64,000 nucleotides of DNA from an uncultured Candidatus Saccharibacteria bacterium (GCA_964368945.1 CAYJDM010000001.1:106849-170848); one strand, 5' to 3'; shown: positions 38,490-49,039, counted from the stretch's first letter. Translations and numbers: made by a program. Notes: generated from the letters alone by a model not told the origin.

Positions 38490-38566
38490 TGCGCTTATAG
38501 CTCAGTTGGTAGAGCAGTCGCCTCTTAAGCGAACGGTCGTAGGTTCGAATCCTACTAGGCGCACCA
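38490..38566 (+). tRNA. tRNA-Lys (anticodon CTT)
   Basis: gcgcttatagctcagttggtagagcagtcgcctCTTaagcgaa...ggttcgaatcctactaggcgcacca, with CCA encoded. Confidence 0.85.
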
Positions 38567-38702
38567 GCGAGCAAATCCAAACTGCTTTGGATTTGCGAAG
38601 ACTTGTGCGAGGCGGAGCGTTATCGAGCCAGCAGGCGAGATCGCGAGCCAAGGTCATGGAAATTTGCGAGTGTCGACGAGCAAATTATCCGGGACCACAA
38701 AA

Positions 38703-38735
38703 GAAAGCACCTCTGATCGGAGGTGCTTTCTTTTT
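38703..38735 (+). terminator. intrinsic terminator downstream of tRNA-Lys
   Basis: Stem gaaagcacctc/gaggtgctttc followed by a T-run. Confidence 0.6.
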
Positions 38736-38762
38736 GCTTAAACGATCTCGTGACCCGTTGGT

Positions 38763-39488
38763 CTACTGAGCATTCCTCGCCGAAGCGATTTTCGAGCAGA
38801 AAGAGGCCAGAGAGCTATCGCTGATCCCCTTATTGAACTCAAAGACGGAAGTTTTTTCATTCCAGACATATACGTCGAGCGTACATTCGATAGCGTCCGG
38901 ATTGGCTCTATCGAGGCTCCAGCCGCCTGAATAAACGGCCTTTGTGGCAGGGACCAATTCTACTGTCTCGCCATTGGAGACAGATGCTCCGGCCGCGAAC
39001 ATGAGAGGTCCTACAGCGCCGTCTCGCTGCTTGAACTGCGCGAGGACAGGCTTGGAATTCTTTGTAAGGGAACCATCCTTATTGGCATAATTGATTCGCA
39101 TGAGCGTGAGGAATTCAGAGTATGCGCCGCCGCTGCCGAGATCGATCAGGGCTTCATCTGTCTTGTCGCCAGTCAATTCCGCAGTCTTTGAAATCGTCAT
39201 TGGTCCAGACTGTTTGGTCTTTACATCCATGAATTCATCGCCAATTGTCTTCTCGACGGTCTTGATATTTTCAGACCAATTATATGATGGCAAAGGAGTC
39301 GATGTCGTTATCGAGCCGCTTGTCGTTGCTGCAGTAGTCGGCTGTTTTTTATTCCCTATATCTGAGATGGCGAAAAGCAAGAAGGCGAGTATGACTCCTC
39401 CCAAGACATAGCAAGCCGCCTTCAGGATTTCGGGCTTATTTATCTTTCTCGGATGCTTGATGCCGTCGATATTCTTGTTTTCGTCCAT
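38763..39488 (-). CDS. membrane-anchored hypothetical protein
   Basis: 241 aa; N-terminal TM anchor after a K-rich cytoplasmic stub; extracytoplasmic T/S-rich segment then a globular domain. Confidence 0.45.
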   Translation of the reverse strand: MDENKNIDGIKHPRKINKPEILKAACYVLGGVILAFLLFAISDIGNKKQPTTAATTSGSITTSTPLPSYNWSENIKTVEKTIGDEFMDVKTKQSGPMTISKTAELTGDKTDEALIDLGSGGAYSEFLTLMRINYANKDGSLTKNSKPVLAQFKQRDGAVGPLMFAAGASVSNGETVELVPATKAVYSGGWSLDRANPDAIECTLDVYVWNEKTSVFEFNKGISDSSLASFCSKIASARNAQ

Positions 39489-39610
39489 TGTATTAAATGA
39501 TATGGGTAATTTGATATAAGTGTATCATCGGCCGCGAATAAAAGTAATTTTCGTGGCGCTTTTTCTTAATGAAAAATTAATATTGCCATCAAACGCTTCT
39601 TGCGCACTTG

Positions 39611-39693
39611 TGCCCGGGGTGGGACTCGAACCCACAAAGCATTGCTGCTACGACATTTTAAGTGTCGCGAGTTTACCATTTCTCCACCTGGGC
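39611..39693 (-). tRNA. tRNA-Leu (anticodon TAA), class II
   Basis: Reverse complement gcccaggtggagaaatggtaaactcgcgacactTAAaatgtcg + long variable arm + gtgggttcgagtcccaccccgggca; one A-C mismatch in the acceptor stem. Confidence 0.8.
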
Positions 39694-40169
39694 ATGATAT
39701 TTCTCCCTCTATGGGTCGATTTCAGGCTATGACAATTGGGACATAATATCCTGAGATTGGACAGGCGATTGTCATTTCTGTCGCCATTTATATGATCCAA
39801 TTCAACTGGGATTCTACCATCTTCAGATGCCTTTGCCCAGCCGCACTCCTCGCATCTTTTTTCTTTCAATCCGGCGTCGAATAGCTTGTTTTTAAGCTTA
39901 TGGCTTTGGTATGTCGAATTTTGCACTAAAACATCCTCGAGAGAATATTTCATGCCTCCCTTACGATTCGGCCCACAATTGGCTGCTCGGCCCAGAAAAT
40001 GACTTATATCGAGCCCGTGTTCAGCGATTAGTCTTTTTATGTGTGCGTAATTCCCACCGGCTGGAATTAAGCCGAGCGTCTCGATTACTTGGCGGTAACT
40101 GTGTGAATTTTTTACAGCATCCCACAGTTGCTCGATCTTCCATTTGTATACGCCGCGTTTTTTCTTCAT
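39648..40169 (-). CDS. HNH endonuclease
   Basis: CEECGW ... ELDHINGDRNDNRLSNLRILCPNCHS (HNH/zinc-finger motif); start taken at MKKKRGVYKW; the last roughly 15 codons run through the 5' half of tRNA-Leu(TAA). Confidence 0.65.
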   Translation of the reverse strand: MKKKRGVYKWKIEQLWDAVKNSHSYRQVIETLGLIPAGGNYAHIKRLIAEHGLDISHFLGRAANCGPNRKGGMKYSLEDVLVQNSTYQSHKLKNKLFDAGLKEKRCEECGWAKASEDGRIPVELDHINGDRNDNRLSNLRILCPNCHSLKSTHRGRNIMPRWRNGKLATLKMS

Positions 40170-40215
40170 TAACCGAATTATAATCCAACCAGTATGAAGA
40201 AAAAATGAATTTTTG

Positions 40216-40288
40216 AGGTGTAGGCCGGGGTCGAACCGGCGCATAACAGTTTTGCAAACTGCCGCGTTAACCACTTCGCCACTACACC
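40216..40288 (-). tRNA. tRNA-Cys (anticodon GCA)
   Basis: Reverse complement ggtgtagtggcgaagtggttaacgcggcagtttGCAaaactgttatgcgccggttcgaccccggcctacacct; discriminator U as expected for Cys. Confidence 0.85.
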
Positions 40289-40355
40289 ATTGAGGCCCTG
40301 CCTGCCGCTTCTGATTCTAGCTTAAAAACACATAAAGTTCCAGCCTTCATGCAGC

Positions 40356-40691
40356 CTAGATAAGATCGTCGATCTTCTGGCGGTTCTTTTCCCCGATATC
40401 TAATTGAATGTCGAGGAAGGGGAGAATGGAGAGGCGGCTTTTCTCTTTGATATAGCCTCGTAGCGACGCTCGCTGTCGCTTGGCGAAATCGAGCGCTGCC
40501 TCAGCCTTATGGTCTGGCATGACGGAGATATGGATAGTCGCCTGCTTTGATCTCGAAGAATATTCGACTTTGGTCACCGTAACGAGGGACTGCCGATTCG
40601 ATTCCATGGAAAGGAATTCAGAGGCGAGCTCCTTCAGGATATGGGTGATCTTTTCGTTCTTGAAGGCGATGGGGGTTCTCTTTGCTTTCAT
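40356..40691 (-). CDS. rbfA: ribosome-binding factor A
   Basis: 111 aa immediately downstream of infB; KH-like pattern (ITHILKELASEFL...SLVTVTKVEYS..SKQATIHISV). Confidence 0.65.
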   Translation of the reverse strand: MKAKRTPIAFKNEKITHILKELASEFLSMESNRQSLVTVTKVEYSSRSKQATIHISVMPDHKAEAALDFAKRQRASLRGYIKEKSRLSILPFLDIQLDIGEKNRQKIDDLI

Positions 40692-40705
40692 TTTTTTATA
40701 AAAAA

Positions 40706-42340
40706 TTACTTGAGCACGATTTCAAATGCTACGAGCTTATCGCCAGCAACCATCTCGATCTTTGATTCGACCATGAGTCCGCATTCTTTGCCTTCCTCAA
40801 CTGAGCCGACCTTGTTCTTGGCCTGCTGCAATTCGCGGATATGGCCTTTGCCGATTTCGGCATCTCGTCGCATGATTTTGACTCGGTCATGAATATGCAC
40901 CGTGCCCAATTCGACTCGGCCTCCGATGACCTGCTTGTCTTTGTTTGCGCTAAAGACCTTGAGGATCTTGAGCGTGCCCGTTTCTTCCTCGACATTGCGC
41001 TTAGGAATATTTTCTTCAGCCTTGATGGTGAGCCATTCAGTCAGCTTATAGATAATGTCAAAAGTCTCGATCTGGATGCCCATTCGGAGCGCCAGCTGTC
41101 GCGCTGAATTGTCTACCTTCGTATTGAAGCCGATTACGAGAGTGCCTGCCTTGCCTCCAGCAAGCTTTACATCGTTCTCTGTGATATCTCCGATGCCCGT
41201 CTGAACGATTTTGAGATTTACTCGTTCTACCTTGATCTTTGAAAGCTCGTATTTGACGGCTTCGAGGGTTCCATTCGTATCGCCCTTGATGATGATTGCG
41301 AGCGTCGCGACCTTGTTTGCAGGGTCGGTAGTATCGACTTCTTCGCCATTGGCAGATGCCATATTCGCGAGGATGTCATGGGCTGACAATCGCTGCTGGT
41401 TCGCGACCTTCTTCGTCTCGTCGGCGATTCGCTCTCGCTCAGATTCGATGAATGCTTCGGCGTCTTTTTTAGTCTTGAACGTAAAGCAAAGGCCGCCGAC
41501 TTCTGGCTGCTCGCTCCATCCGACGACGCGGATAGGCTTTGATGGACCAGCTTCCTTGATTGCTTTGCCTGTAAAATCCTCGAGGATTCGCACTGATGAT
41601 GATGCGAGGCCTGAGACGAGGACATCGCCAACCTTTAGGGTTCCGTTCTTGACAATGAGAGTTGCAGAAACTCCTCGGACATTGTCTCGATTTGCTTCGA
41701 TGACGATGCATTCAGCGGGAACCGATACATCTGCCTTGAATCCTTCGACTTCGGCAGTAAGGAGGATCATCTCGAGGAGATCATCAACGCCTTCGCCGGT
41801 TTTTCCAGAAAAAGGAACAAAGGGAATCTCTCCTCCATATCCTTCTACATAGATCTCATTCTCAGCGAGAGAAAGCTTGGCCTTGTCCACAGAAGCATTC
41901 GGCTTATCGATCTTGCTGATGCCGACGATGAAGGGCAGGCGAGCGGACTTGATAGCCCGGTATGCATCGAGAGTCTGGGGCTTGACCGCATCTTCTGCAG
42001 AAACGATGAGAATTGCGATATCGGCTGACAATGCGCCACGTGCTCGCATTGCATTGAACGATTCATGTCCTGGCGTATCGAGGAAAGTGATGTGCTTATT
42101 CACGCCTTCCTGCACATGCGTCACTTCGTATGCGGACATCCGCTGCGTGATGCCGCCGACTTCCTTGTCCACGATATTCGTCTTTCGGATATAGTCGAGC
42201 AAAGTCGATTTGCCGTGGTCGATATGACCCATGACAACGACTACTGGTGGGCGAGTCTGCAAAGCCGCGAGTCGGGCCGCGATATCGCCATAATGGTCAT
42301 CCGAAGTCGTGTGGACGTGTTTTTTTGCGGCAGGGGACAT
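40706..42340 (-). CDS. infB: translation initiation factor IF-2 (short form)
   Basis: G domain VVVMGHIDHGKSTLLDYIRKTN with DTPGHESF and NKID; beta-barrel domains; 544 aa, lacking the long N-terminal region. Confidence 0.9.
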   Translation of the reverse strand: MSPAAKKHVHTTSDDHYGDIAARLAALQTRPPVVVVMGHIDHGKSTLLDYIRKTNIVDKEVGGITQRMSAYEVTHVQEGVNKHITFLDTPGHESFNAMRARGALSADIAILIVSAEDAVKPQTLDAYRAIKSARLPFIVGISKIDKPNASVDKAKLSLAENEIYVEGYGGEIPFVPFSGKTGEGVDDLLEMILLTAEVEGFKADVSVPAECIVIEANRDNVRGVSATLIVKNGTLKVGDVLVSGLASSSVRILEDFTGKAIKEAGPSKPIRVVGWSEQPEVGGLCFTFKTKKDAEAFIESERERIADETKKVANQQRLSAHDILANMASANGEEVDTTDPANKVATLAIIIKGDTNGTLEAVKYELSKIKVERVNLKIVQTGIGDITENDVKLAGGKAGTLVIGFNTKVDNSARQLALRMGIQIETFDIIYKLTEWLTIKAEENIPKRNVEEETGTLKILKVFSANKDKQVIGGRVELGTVHIHDRVKIMRRDAEIGKGHIRELQQAKNKVGSVEEGKECGLMVESKIEMVAGDKLVAFEIVLK

Positions 42341-42510
42341 AAGATCGATAGACTTTACCGTATTTTTTGGGTTTTGGCAAATTGGGTGCTGGGTAAAATA
42401 TGACCAAATTTAGCCGTATTATTGCAATGTTTGATGTTCATCATTGACATTTACTGCATTGGATGGTTATATTTTATTATCAAAAGCCAATCGAAGGCTG
42501 AGATGCGGCA

Positions 42511-43041
42511 TTGGGCCGCGCACATCCAACAAAAAACAATACGCACGGAGGAATAATGATGAGTACCACACCCATATCGAAACGCTTGTCGGCCACCTTG
42601 AAAGCACTTGAAAATATCAATTCCGCGGAGGCGTCAAAGCTGCTTGGCTTGTACTGCAAGGCGGGCGAGGAATTGGACGTCCTGCCTCGGGCGCTAAGTT
42701 ACCCTGTCGTCAGGTATGAAGGCGCGGCGTTCATCGAAGCGGTTGCGAAATATGCAGAAAGTGCTGCCGAAGTGCACGAAGGCGAAGCCCGAAATACCGC
42801 ATTCGATGACGCGATTGCGCGGCTCGAGGGTGGCGTCGATGAAAAAACTGCGGTCGAGATCATCGTGAATTACCTGCCTCAGGCGATAGAGGGGCGCTCT
42901 TCAGACGAACTGAAGCGAACCTCCCTTATTCCCGAAGGATTTCCGGAGCAGTTCGAGAGCCTTGAACAAGGGGTCAGCATGCTCGAAGCATTTCCGACAC
43001 TCCTGACAGGGATCGAGCTCGCGACTTTCGCGCTATCCTGA
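42511..43041 (+). CDS. hypothetical protein on a GC-rich segment
   Basis: 176-aa ORF, A/E-rich; followed by a terminator (stem ccgctg...cagcgg plus a T-run near 43092-43125). Confidence 0.35.
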   Translation: MGRAHPTKNNTHGGIMMSTTPISKRLSATLKALENINSAEASKLLGLYCKAGEELDVLPRALSYPVVRYEGAAFIEAVAKYAESAAEVHEGEARNTAFDDAIARLEGGVDEKTAVEIIVNYLPQAIEGRSSDELKRTSLIPEGFPEQFESLEQGVSMLEAFPTLLTGIELATFALS

Positions 43042-43146
43042 GAATTTCGTTGCGCGGATATATCCCGCACCGATTGACCGCTGGCGCCTGCATAAGGTGA
43101 CAGCGGTTTTTTCTTTTTTAAAAAAAAACACAAAATGATACAAAAA

Positions 43147-43653
43147 CTAATTTCCCTTCATCTTCGCAATTGCCTGCTGCAGCGCCTGGTTTTCTTCCTC
43201 AGTCAATTCATATGAAGAAGCGAATTTGACGAGAGGCTTTGCATAGACGCTGACTCGATCGCTGGAATAGAGGCTCGAGAGAATGACGCCATCGCCATAT
43301 TCATTGAGGATAGCGGTTGCAAAGCTCTGATTGCCCCCAGTGCCATTGCCCTTGAAAGGATTGAATCGAATCGTCTCGACGCTCTGGATCGAATTCGACA
43401 ATTTATTGTTCATGATGGCGATATCGCTGAGGGTCTTGGATTGGAATTGCTCGAAGTTCGAGATATTGCGATAGATCTGCACGAGGACATCGTCGATATC
43501 GCGGGCGGATTTGCCTCGGAGCATCTTTGCGATGCGGCCGCGGGCACCGATCGATGTTATGAGGGCGATAAGGGAAAAGAGGAAAGCGGCGGCAATACAA
43601 CAGATGAGAATGATATTGTACGGGCTCGTAGTGAAGAACATTTCTATATTCAT
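43147..43653 (-). CDS. membrane-anchored protein, DUF4446-like
   Basis: N-terminal TM, then RFNPFKGNGTGGNQSFATAILNEYGDGVILSSLYSSDRVSVYAKPL resembling the DUF4446 core; family assignment from memory. Confidence 0.45.
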   Translation of the reverse strand: MNIEMFFTTSPYNIILICCIAAAFLFSLIALITSIGARGRIAKMLRGKSARDIDDVLVQIYRNISNFEQFQSKTLSDIAIMNNKLSNSIQSVETIRFNPFKGNGTGGNQSFATAILNEYGDGVILSSLYSSDRVSVYAKPLVKFASSYELTEEENQALQQAIAKMKGN

Positions 43654-43682
43654 AGGTCAAAGTATACAGACCGCTGAATTTT

Positions 43683-45347
43683 TTGTATAGTGGCACTCAT
43701 CAATCCGCCAGCCTTATTCAGGGCGAGGGACCACCGAGTTTTGCAATGAAGAATTTTACCCAAAAATACAAGGAAAAATACGAGGAAATCAAGCAAAAGG
43801 CAGGCACGACCATGCGTGGGATTTTTTCTAAAAAAGCAAAGGAGATAAATAGAGAGAAAAAGCCCGCTGAAAGCAATTTCATCCATAAGATTGCGGCCAG
43901 AAATTCCGCGCCAGCATCTGATAAGCTGGCGGACATTCGATCGTCTGATCAGGCCGAGGGCAAGCCGATGACTGCTTCGCAGCATATCTCTCATTCGCAG
44001 ATGGCATCCACTGGCATGGCTGAAAAAAGCGAAAAAACAGACAAGGCGGAAAATAAGCATGATAAAAAAACCGCGCATTCTATCACGCATTCCATATCAT
44101 CAGCTGCGCCCACTGCTCCAAAGCCTGATCGCATCTATCTCGACTATGCATCGCTCACGCCTATCGATCCTCGCGTCAAGAAAGTCATGATCGATGCCAT
44201 GGACGAGCATCCTGCGAATCCCTCATCTCTATACAAGGAAGGCGTCAAGGCAAAGAAGGCATTGCATGATGCGAGAACTTCGATCGCACAATTCTTTTCG
44301 GTGCAGCCGGATGAAATTATTTTCACATCTGGAGGAACGGAATCAAATTCGCTGGCATTTCAAGGAGTGCTCAATGCGCTCAGCGTCGATGATACGCCGC
44401 GTCCGCATTTCATCATTTCTACCATCGAGCATCCATCTATCGTCGAGATCGCCCTCGACCTGACCAGCCGCGGCTACGATGTCTCTTTTGTCCCTGTAAA
44501 TAAGGATGGAATCGTAGATCCAAAGGATATCAAGAAGGCATTGCGACCCGAGACTGTGCTCGTCTCGGTCATGTTTGCAAATAATGAGATCGGCACGATT
44601 CAGCCAATCAAGGATATTGCGCGCGAAGTTCGTCATTATAAAAAGAGCCTGGGTCGCGCTACGGGAGAATATCCATATATGCATACCGATGCTTGCCAAG
44701 CCGTTTTGTTCGAGGATATGCGCATTCCATCATTGGGCGTTGATCTTTTGTCTATTGATGGAGGAAAAATTTACGGGCCCCGCGGCATGGGCGTGCTCAT
44801 GAAGCGCCGACACGTTGATCTCGAGCCTGTCTTCCTCGGAGGCAGTCAGGAATTCGGACTTCGCGCCGGTACGGAAAATTTGCCATCGATCATCGGCCTC
44901 AAGCACGCTCTCGATATCGCTCATTCAGAGCGAGATGAAATGGTGATCAAGATGGGCCGTTTTCAGGAGACCATGCATGATCTTTTGTTTGCGCGCCTCG
45001 CCACATTCATGCCGGGAATGTCGCTGAATGGCCATCCTACGAATCGTTTGCCGAATAATTTGAATATTTGTTTCCCGAAAATGGACGCCGAATTCCTCGT
45101 CCTCCGACTCGATGCGCTCGGCGTCGCGCTTTCATCAGTTACAAGCTGCCGCGCAAGCAATGAGGATTCGAGCTCATATGTGATCGAGGCTCTTGGCAAA
45201 AAAAGCAATACGGAAGGAGATACGACAACCGATGATTGCGCCCAAAGCTCGCTTCGCATCACATTCGGACGATATACGACAGGAGAGGAGGTCGCTATCG
45301 CTATTGAGAAGATCGTACAGGCGGTGAAGGAGCAGATGGAGGCTTAG
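43683..45347 (+). CDS. cysteine desulfurase (class V aminotransferase, NifS/IscS-like) with N-terminal extension
   Basis: IYLDYASLTPIDPRV ... FTSGGTESNSLAF ... SIDGGKIYGPRGMGVL ... active-site loop SSVTSCRAS; the first roughly 150 aa are low-complexity and not part of the fold, so the true start may be downstream. Confidence 0.75.
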   Translation: MYSGTHQSASLIQGEGPPSFAMKNFTQKYKEKYEEIKQKAGTTMRGIFSKKAKEINREKKPAESNFIHKIAARNSAPASDKLADIRSSDQAEGKPMTASQHISHSQMASTGMAEKSEKTDKAENKHDKKTAHSITHSISSAAPTAPKPDRIYLDYASLTPIDPRVKKVMIDAMDEHPANPSSLYKEGVKAKKALHDARTSIAQFFSVQPDEIIFTSGGTESNSLAFQGVLNALSVDDTPRPHFIISTIEHPSIVEIALDLTSRGYDVSFVPVNKDGIVDPKDIKKALRPETVLVSVMFANNEIGTIQPIKDIAREVRHYKKSLGRATGEYPYMHTDACQAVLFEDMRIPSLGVDLLSIDGGKIYGPRGMGVLMKRRHVDLEPVFLGGSQEFGLRAGTENLPSIIGLKHALDIAHSERDEMVIKMGRFQETMHDLLFARLATFMPGMSLNGHPTNRLPNNLNICFPKMDAEFLVLRLDALGVALSSVTSCRASNEDSSSYVIEALGKKSNTEGDTTTDDCAQSSLRITFGRYTTGEEVAIAIEKIVQAVKEQMEA

Positions 45348-45482
45348 GATAAGGCTCGATTTGGGAGACGATATATATTGACATTCCATATATATTATAG
45401 TATAATATATATGGAATAGCGCGTTGCAGTATGCGCATATATTTCCACGTCACATCAGTCCAATCACCAACACAGATAATCC

Positions 45483-45830
45483 ATGAACCAGAACCAAAAT
45501 AAAAACGACGCCTTTGACATTGCGCAACAGCGGGCAAGCGAATACACCAAGGACAAACTTAAGGAGGCCGGCAACAAAACGTTTTCCTTCTATGTATATC
45601 TTTTGCTCGCAGGCTTGCTGACTTTTTGCGGATTCAGTCTGTTCACCGAAAACATGCTGGCTTCGCTGTTTGTTACGGTTGCCGTCCTTTCGGCAATTTC
45701 TGCAATCACCGAATATACAGAAAAAACGACGATGAAGGCGAGCCATGAGATTGTGGACCTGTTGCAGGCCCTGATCTCAGCGAGTCGGTCCGCCGATGGG
45801 CCGTCGAATCAATCACCGACCCAGGCTTGA
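45483..45830 (+). CDS. small two-TM membrane protein, hypothetical
   Basis: 115-aa ORF with two hydrophobic helices. Confidence 0.4.
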   Translation: MNQNQNKNDAFDIAQQRASEYTKDKLKEAGNKTFSFYVYLLLAGLLTFCGFSLFTENMLASLFVTVAVLSAISAITEYTEKTTMKASHEIVDLLQALISASRSADGPSNQSPTQA

Positions 45831-45852
45831 TTTGCCAGCAGCGATGCTAATC

Positions 45853-45885
45853 AGCGCCGCCCCCTCTAGGGGGCGGCGCTTTATC
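45853..45885 (+). terminator. intrinsic terminator
   Basis: Perfect stem agcgccgccccc/gggggcggcgct with a tcta loop, followed by tttat. Confidence 0.6.
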
Positions 45886-46020
45886 ATTTACGGCAATATA
45901 AATTCATCAAAACTTCATATCATATTGATAACATGTTAAGGTTCAATTCCGAGTTGTTTTGGGATAAAAAAATGACCAAAATTATTTCGAAAAAGTTGAC
46001 ACCTCTGCTATAATACGAAT

Positions 46021-48852
46021 ATGCCACCATTTAGCCATTTCACGACAAAAGCCAAAGAAGCCATCAAAAAAGGCCATGAATTAGCCATAGAACGCGGGCA
46101 GAACAATGTGAACCCGTTGCATCTTTTGACTGCCTTGCTCGTCCAGGAGGACAGCCTGGTCCTGTCCGTTCTCGATAAGCTCGAGGTGGACACTATTCTG
46201 CTTGCCGATACCGTGCTTGAGGCCATCGAGACGGGCGAGGGCGGGGATACCCTTTCGCCTTCATATCAGCTCTATCTCACTCCGGAGCTTGCCCAGATCA
46301 TCGAGACCTCTGCTCGAATCGCCGCGACCATGAAGGATGACTTCGTTTCCGTCGAGCATCTTTTCCTCGCATTCTTTGATGTGGCTTCTGCAGCGCGAGA
46401 TCTTTTGCAAAAGAAATTCAAGCTCGAGCGAGGCACTATCGCCGAGACTCTCTCAGAGCTCAAGAGCGCAAAGCCTACCGCTGAGAATACGAACACAAAG
46501 AAGATGAAGGCTATCGTCAAATATACGCGAAACCTCACGACGCTTGCCAAGGAGCATAAGCTCGATCCCGTCATTGGGCGAGATACAGAGATCAATCGCG
46601 TCATTCAGATCTTGTCTCGACGAACGAAAAACAATCCTATCCTCATCGGAGAAGCCGGCGTAGGAAAGACCGCGCTTGCTGAAGGGCTCGCGAATCGAAT
46701 CGCTATGGGTGATGTTCCTGAATCTCTCAAGGATAAGGAGCTTGTTTCTCTTGATCTAGGAATTCTCATCGCTGGTACGAAATATCGAGGCGAATTCGAA
46801 GAGCGACTCAAGAATATCTTGAAGGAAATCGAGAAGGCGGATGGCAAGATCATCCTATTTATTGATGAAATCCATACTATCGTTGGAGCCGGTGCTGCAG
46901 AAGGCTCTCTCGATGCATCGAATATGCTCAAGCCAGCCCTTGCCCGAGGCGAATTGCGAGCTATCGGCGCCACTACTTTGAAGGAATATCAGAAGCATAT
47001 AGAAAAAGATCCAGCGCTTCAGCGACGATTCCAGCCTGTATACGTCAACGAGCCTTCTATCGAAGATGCCGTTGCCATTCTCCGAGGTCTCAAGGAAAAA
47101 TATGAGGTATATCATGGCGTCCGAATCACGGACGATGCACTCGTATCGGCAGTGAATCTATCGAGCCGATATATTACTGATCGTTTTTTGCCAGATAAGG
47201 CAGTAGACCTCATCGATGAAGCCGCATCAACTCTCAAGATCGCTCTCGAGAATAAGCCGCAGGAACTCGAAGACGTGCATCGCAAGATAATGCGACTCGA
47301 AATCGAGCGCGAGGCGATGAAAAAAGAATCAGATTCTACAAAGAGCATCAAGACGAAGGCTCGAATCAAGGAAATCGAAACCGAAATTGCTGATCTCAAA
47401 GACAAGACTTCAGAAGTCGAAGCGAAATGGATCAATGAGAAGGAAACGCATGCCGATATAAAGGCCATCAAGAAGCAGCTCGAGACTTTGCGCATGGAAG
47501 CAGAGCGGGCAGAAGCGCATGCAGACCTATCGAAGGCGGCCGAAATCCGCTATGGCACTTTGCCTATGCTCGAAAAGGATCTCGACCTCAAGACCAAGCG
47601 CCTCAAGAAATTGCAGGTATCTCGACGCATCCTCCGAGAAGAGGTTACGGAAAACGATATCGCCATGGTTGTCGGACGATGGACTGGAATTCCAGTCACG
47701 CGAATGCTCGAAGAAGAAGCGCGCAAGCTCGTTCGCATGGATCAGGAGCTCAAGAAGGTCGTCATCGGCCAGGACGAAGCAGTACAGAAGGTCGCAGACA
47801 CCATCAAGCGATCTCGCGCAGGCATTAATGATCCGCATCGACCTATCGGCTCATTCATTTTCCTCGGACCCACTGGAGTTGGAAAGACTGAGCTTACCAA
47901 GGCTCTTGCGAAATTCATCTTTGATGATGAAAAGGCTTTGATTCGAGTGGACATGTCTGAATATATGGAAAAGCATGCCGTATCAAAGATCATCGGCGCG
48001 CCTCCAGGCTATGTCGGCCATGAGGACAGCGGCTCGCTCACGGAGCAGATCAAGCATCGACCATATTCAGTCGTGCTATTCGACGAGATTGAAAAAGCGC
48101 ATCCTGAGATTTTTAACATTCTATTGCAGGTTCTCGACAATGGACGCCTCACTGATTCAAAGGGACGAACGATCAACTTCAAGAATACGATCATCGTCAT
48201 GACTTCGAATATCGGCGCGCAGTTCATCGACCGCATGCAGTCTATCGGATTCAATGCGGCACTCAGCGATGAGAATGTCGTTGGCGGAAATTCAAACCAG
48301 AACAATACTTCGCGCGATAAGGAGAACTACGAATCGTCAAAGCTGAAAGTCATGGAGGCTCTCAAGGATCATTTCCGACCTGAATTCCTCAACCGAATCG
48401 ATGAAATCGTCCTCTTCGATATCCTCAGCCCAGAAGCTATCAAGAATATCGTCGAAATCGAAGTCGCCAAGGTTCGCGCGCGGCTTGAGGAAAAGGAAAT
48501 CAAGCTCGATCTCTCACCAGAGGCTCTCGAATTCCTTTCTCGCGAAGGGTACAATCCGCATTATGGCGCGCGACCTCTCAAGCGCCTCATTCAGAATAAA
48601 ATCCTCACTCCCGTGGCATCGCTCATCATAGGCGAAGGCGTTCAGCGCGGCGGCATAGTGACTGTAGGCATCAAGGGCCAGGGTCAGAACACGGAATTCA
48701 CTTTCGATGTGAAGAAAGGGAAGAAGGGGAGCATACTCGGCTCATCGCTCGTGAATCATGATGGCGAATCTGAGAATGGCGAAGGGGTCATCGGCGCCGT
48801 TCGAAATGTCTCTCATAAGAAAGCGGAAAAGGCAGGCAAGACAAATGCATAA
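46021..48852 (+). CDS. clpB: chaperone ClpB (two AAA+ modules plus M-domain)
   Basis: N domain ..[10 protein letters not shown]; NBD1 Walker [18 protein letters not shown]; long coiled-coil M-domain; NBD2 [15 protein letters not shown]; sensor GARPLKR; an extended -10 sequence TGCTATAAT sits 9 nt upstream of the ATG. Confidence 0.9.
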   Translation: MPPFSHFTTKAKEAIKKGHELAIERGQNNVNPLHLLTALLVQEDSLVLSVLDKLEVDTILLADTVLEAIETGEGGDTLSPSYQLYLTPELAQIIETSARIAATMKDDFVSVEHLFLAFFDVASAARDLLQKKFKLERGTIAETLSELKSAKPTAENTNTKKMKAIVKYTRNLTTLAKEHKLDPVIGRDTEINRVIQILSRRTKNNPILIGEAGVGKTALAEGLANRIAMGDVPESLKDKELVSLDLGILIAGTKYRGEFEERLKNILKEIEKADGKIILFIDEIHTIVGAGAAEGSLDASNMLKPALARGELRAIGATTLKEYQKHIEKDPALQRRFQPVYVNEPSIEDAVAILRGLKEKYEVYHGVRITDDALVSAVNLSSRYITDRFLPDKAVDLIDEAASTLKIALENKPQELEDVHRKIMRLEIEREAMKKESDSTKSIKTKARIKEIETEIADLKDKTSEVEAKWINEKETHADIKAIKKQLETLRMEAERAEAHADLSKAAEIRYGTLPMLEKDLDLKTKRLKKLQVSRRILREEVTENDIAMVVGRWTGIPVTRMLEEEARKLVRMDQELKKVVIGQDEAVQKVADTIKRSRAGINDPHRPIGSFIFLGPTGVGKTELTKALAKFIFDDEKALIRVDMSEYMEKHAVSKIIGAPPGYVGHEDSGSLTEQIKHRPYSVVLFDEIEKAHPEIFNILLQVLDNGRLTDSKGRTINFKNTIIVMTSNIGAQFIDRMQSIGFNAALSDENVVGGNSNQNNTSRDKENYESSKLKVMEALKDHFRPEFLNRIDEIVLFDILSPEAIKNIVEIEVAKVRARLEEKEIKLDLSPEALEFLSREGYNPHYGARPLKRLIQNKILTPVASLIIGEGVQRGGIVTVGIKGQGQNTEFTFDVKKGKKGSILGSSLVNHDGESENGEGVIGAVRNVSHKKAEKAGKTNA

Positions 48853-49039
48853 ATAGCGCTTTAAGCAACGATTAATTGCAAAGTTGGCCATCTGTGGATA
48901 ACTTTGACTTGACATATCTATTGTGGTATAATCCCGTTGCAATTGGAATTGCGAGTTCTTTGCCATAATTTGGTATTAGAATAGTGAAAAATCAATTCAA
49001 ACATCCACCCACCACCAATACTGAAACTCAGATACCGCC

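Noticed and set aside
38506-38769. 87-aa ORF overlapping tRNA-Lys
   Set aside because: It lies inside a tRNA gene and its trailer hairpins. tRNA identity is unambiguous.
39611-39693. Group I intron in tRNA-Leu(TAA) hosting the HNH gene
   Set aside because: The tRNA sequence is continuous with an intact anticodon loop. The HNH gene lies entirely in the spacer 5' of the tRNA, not within it.
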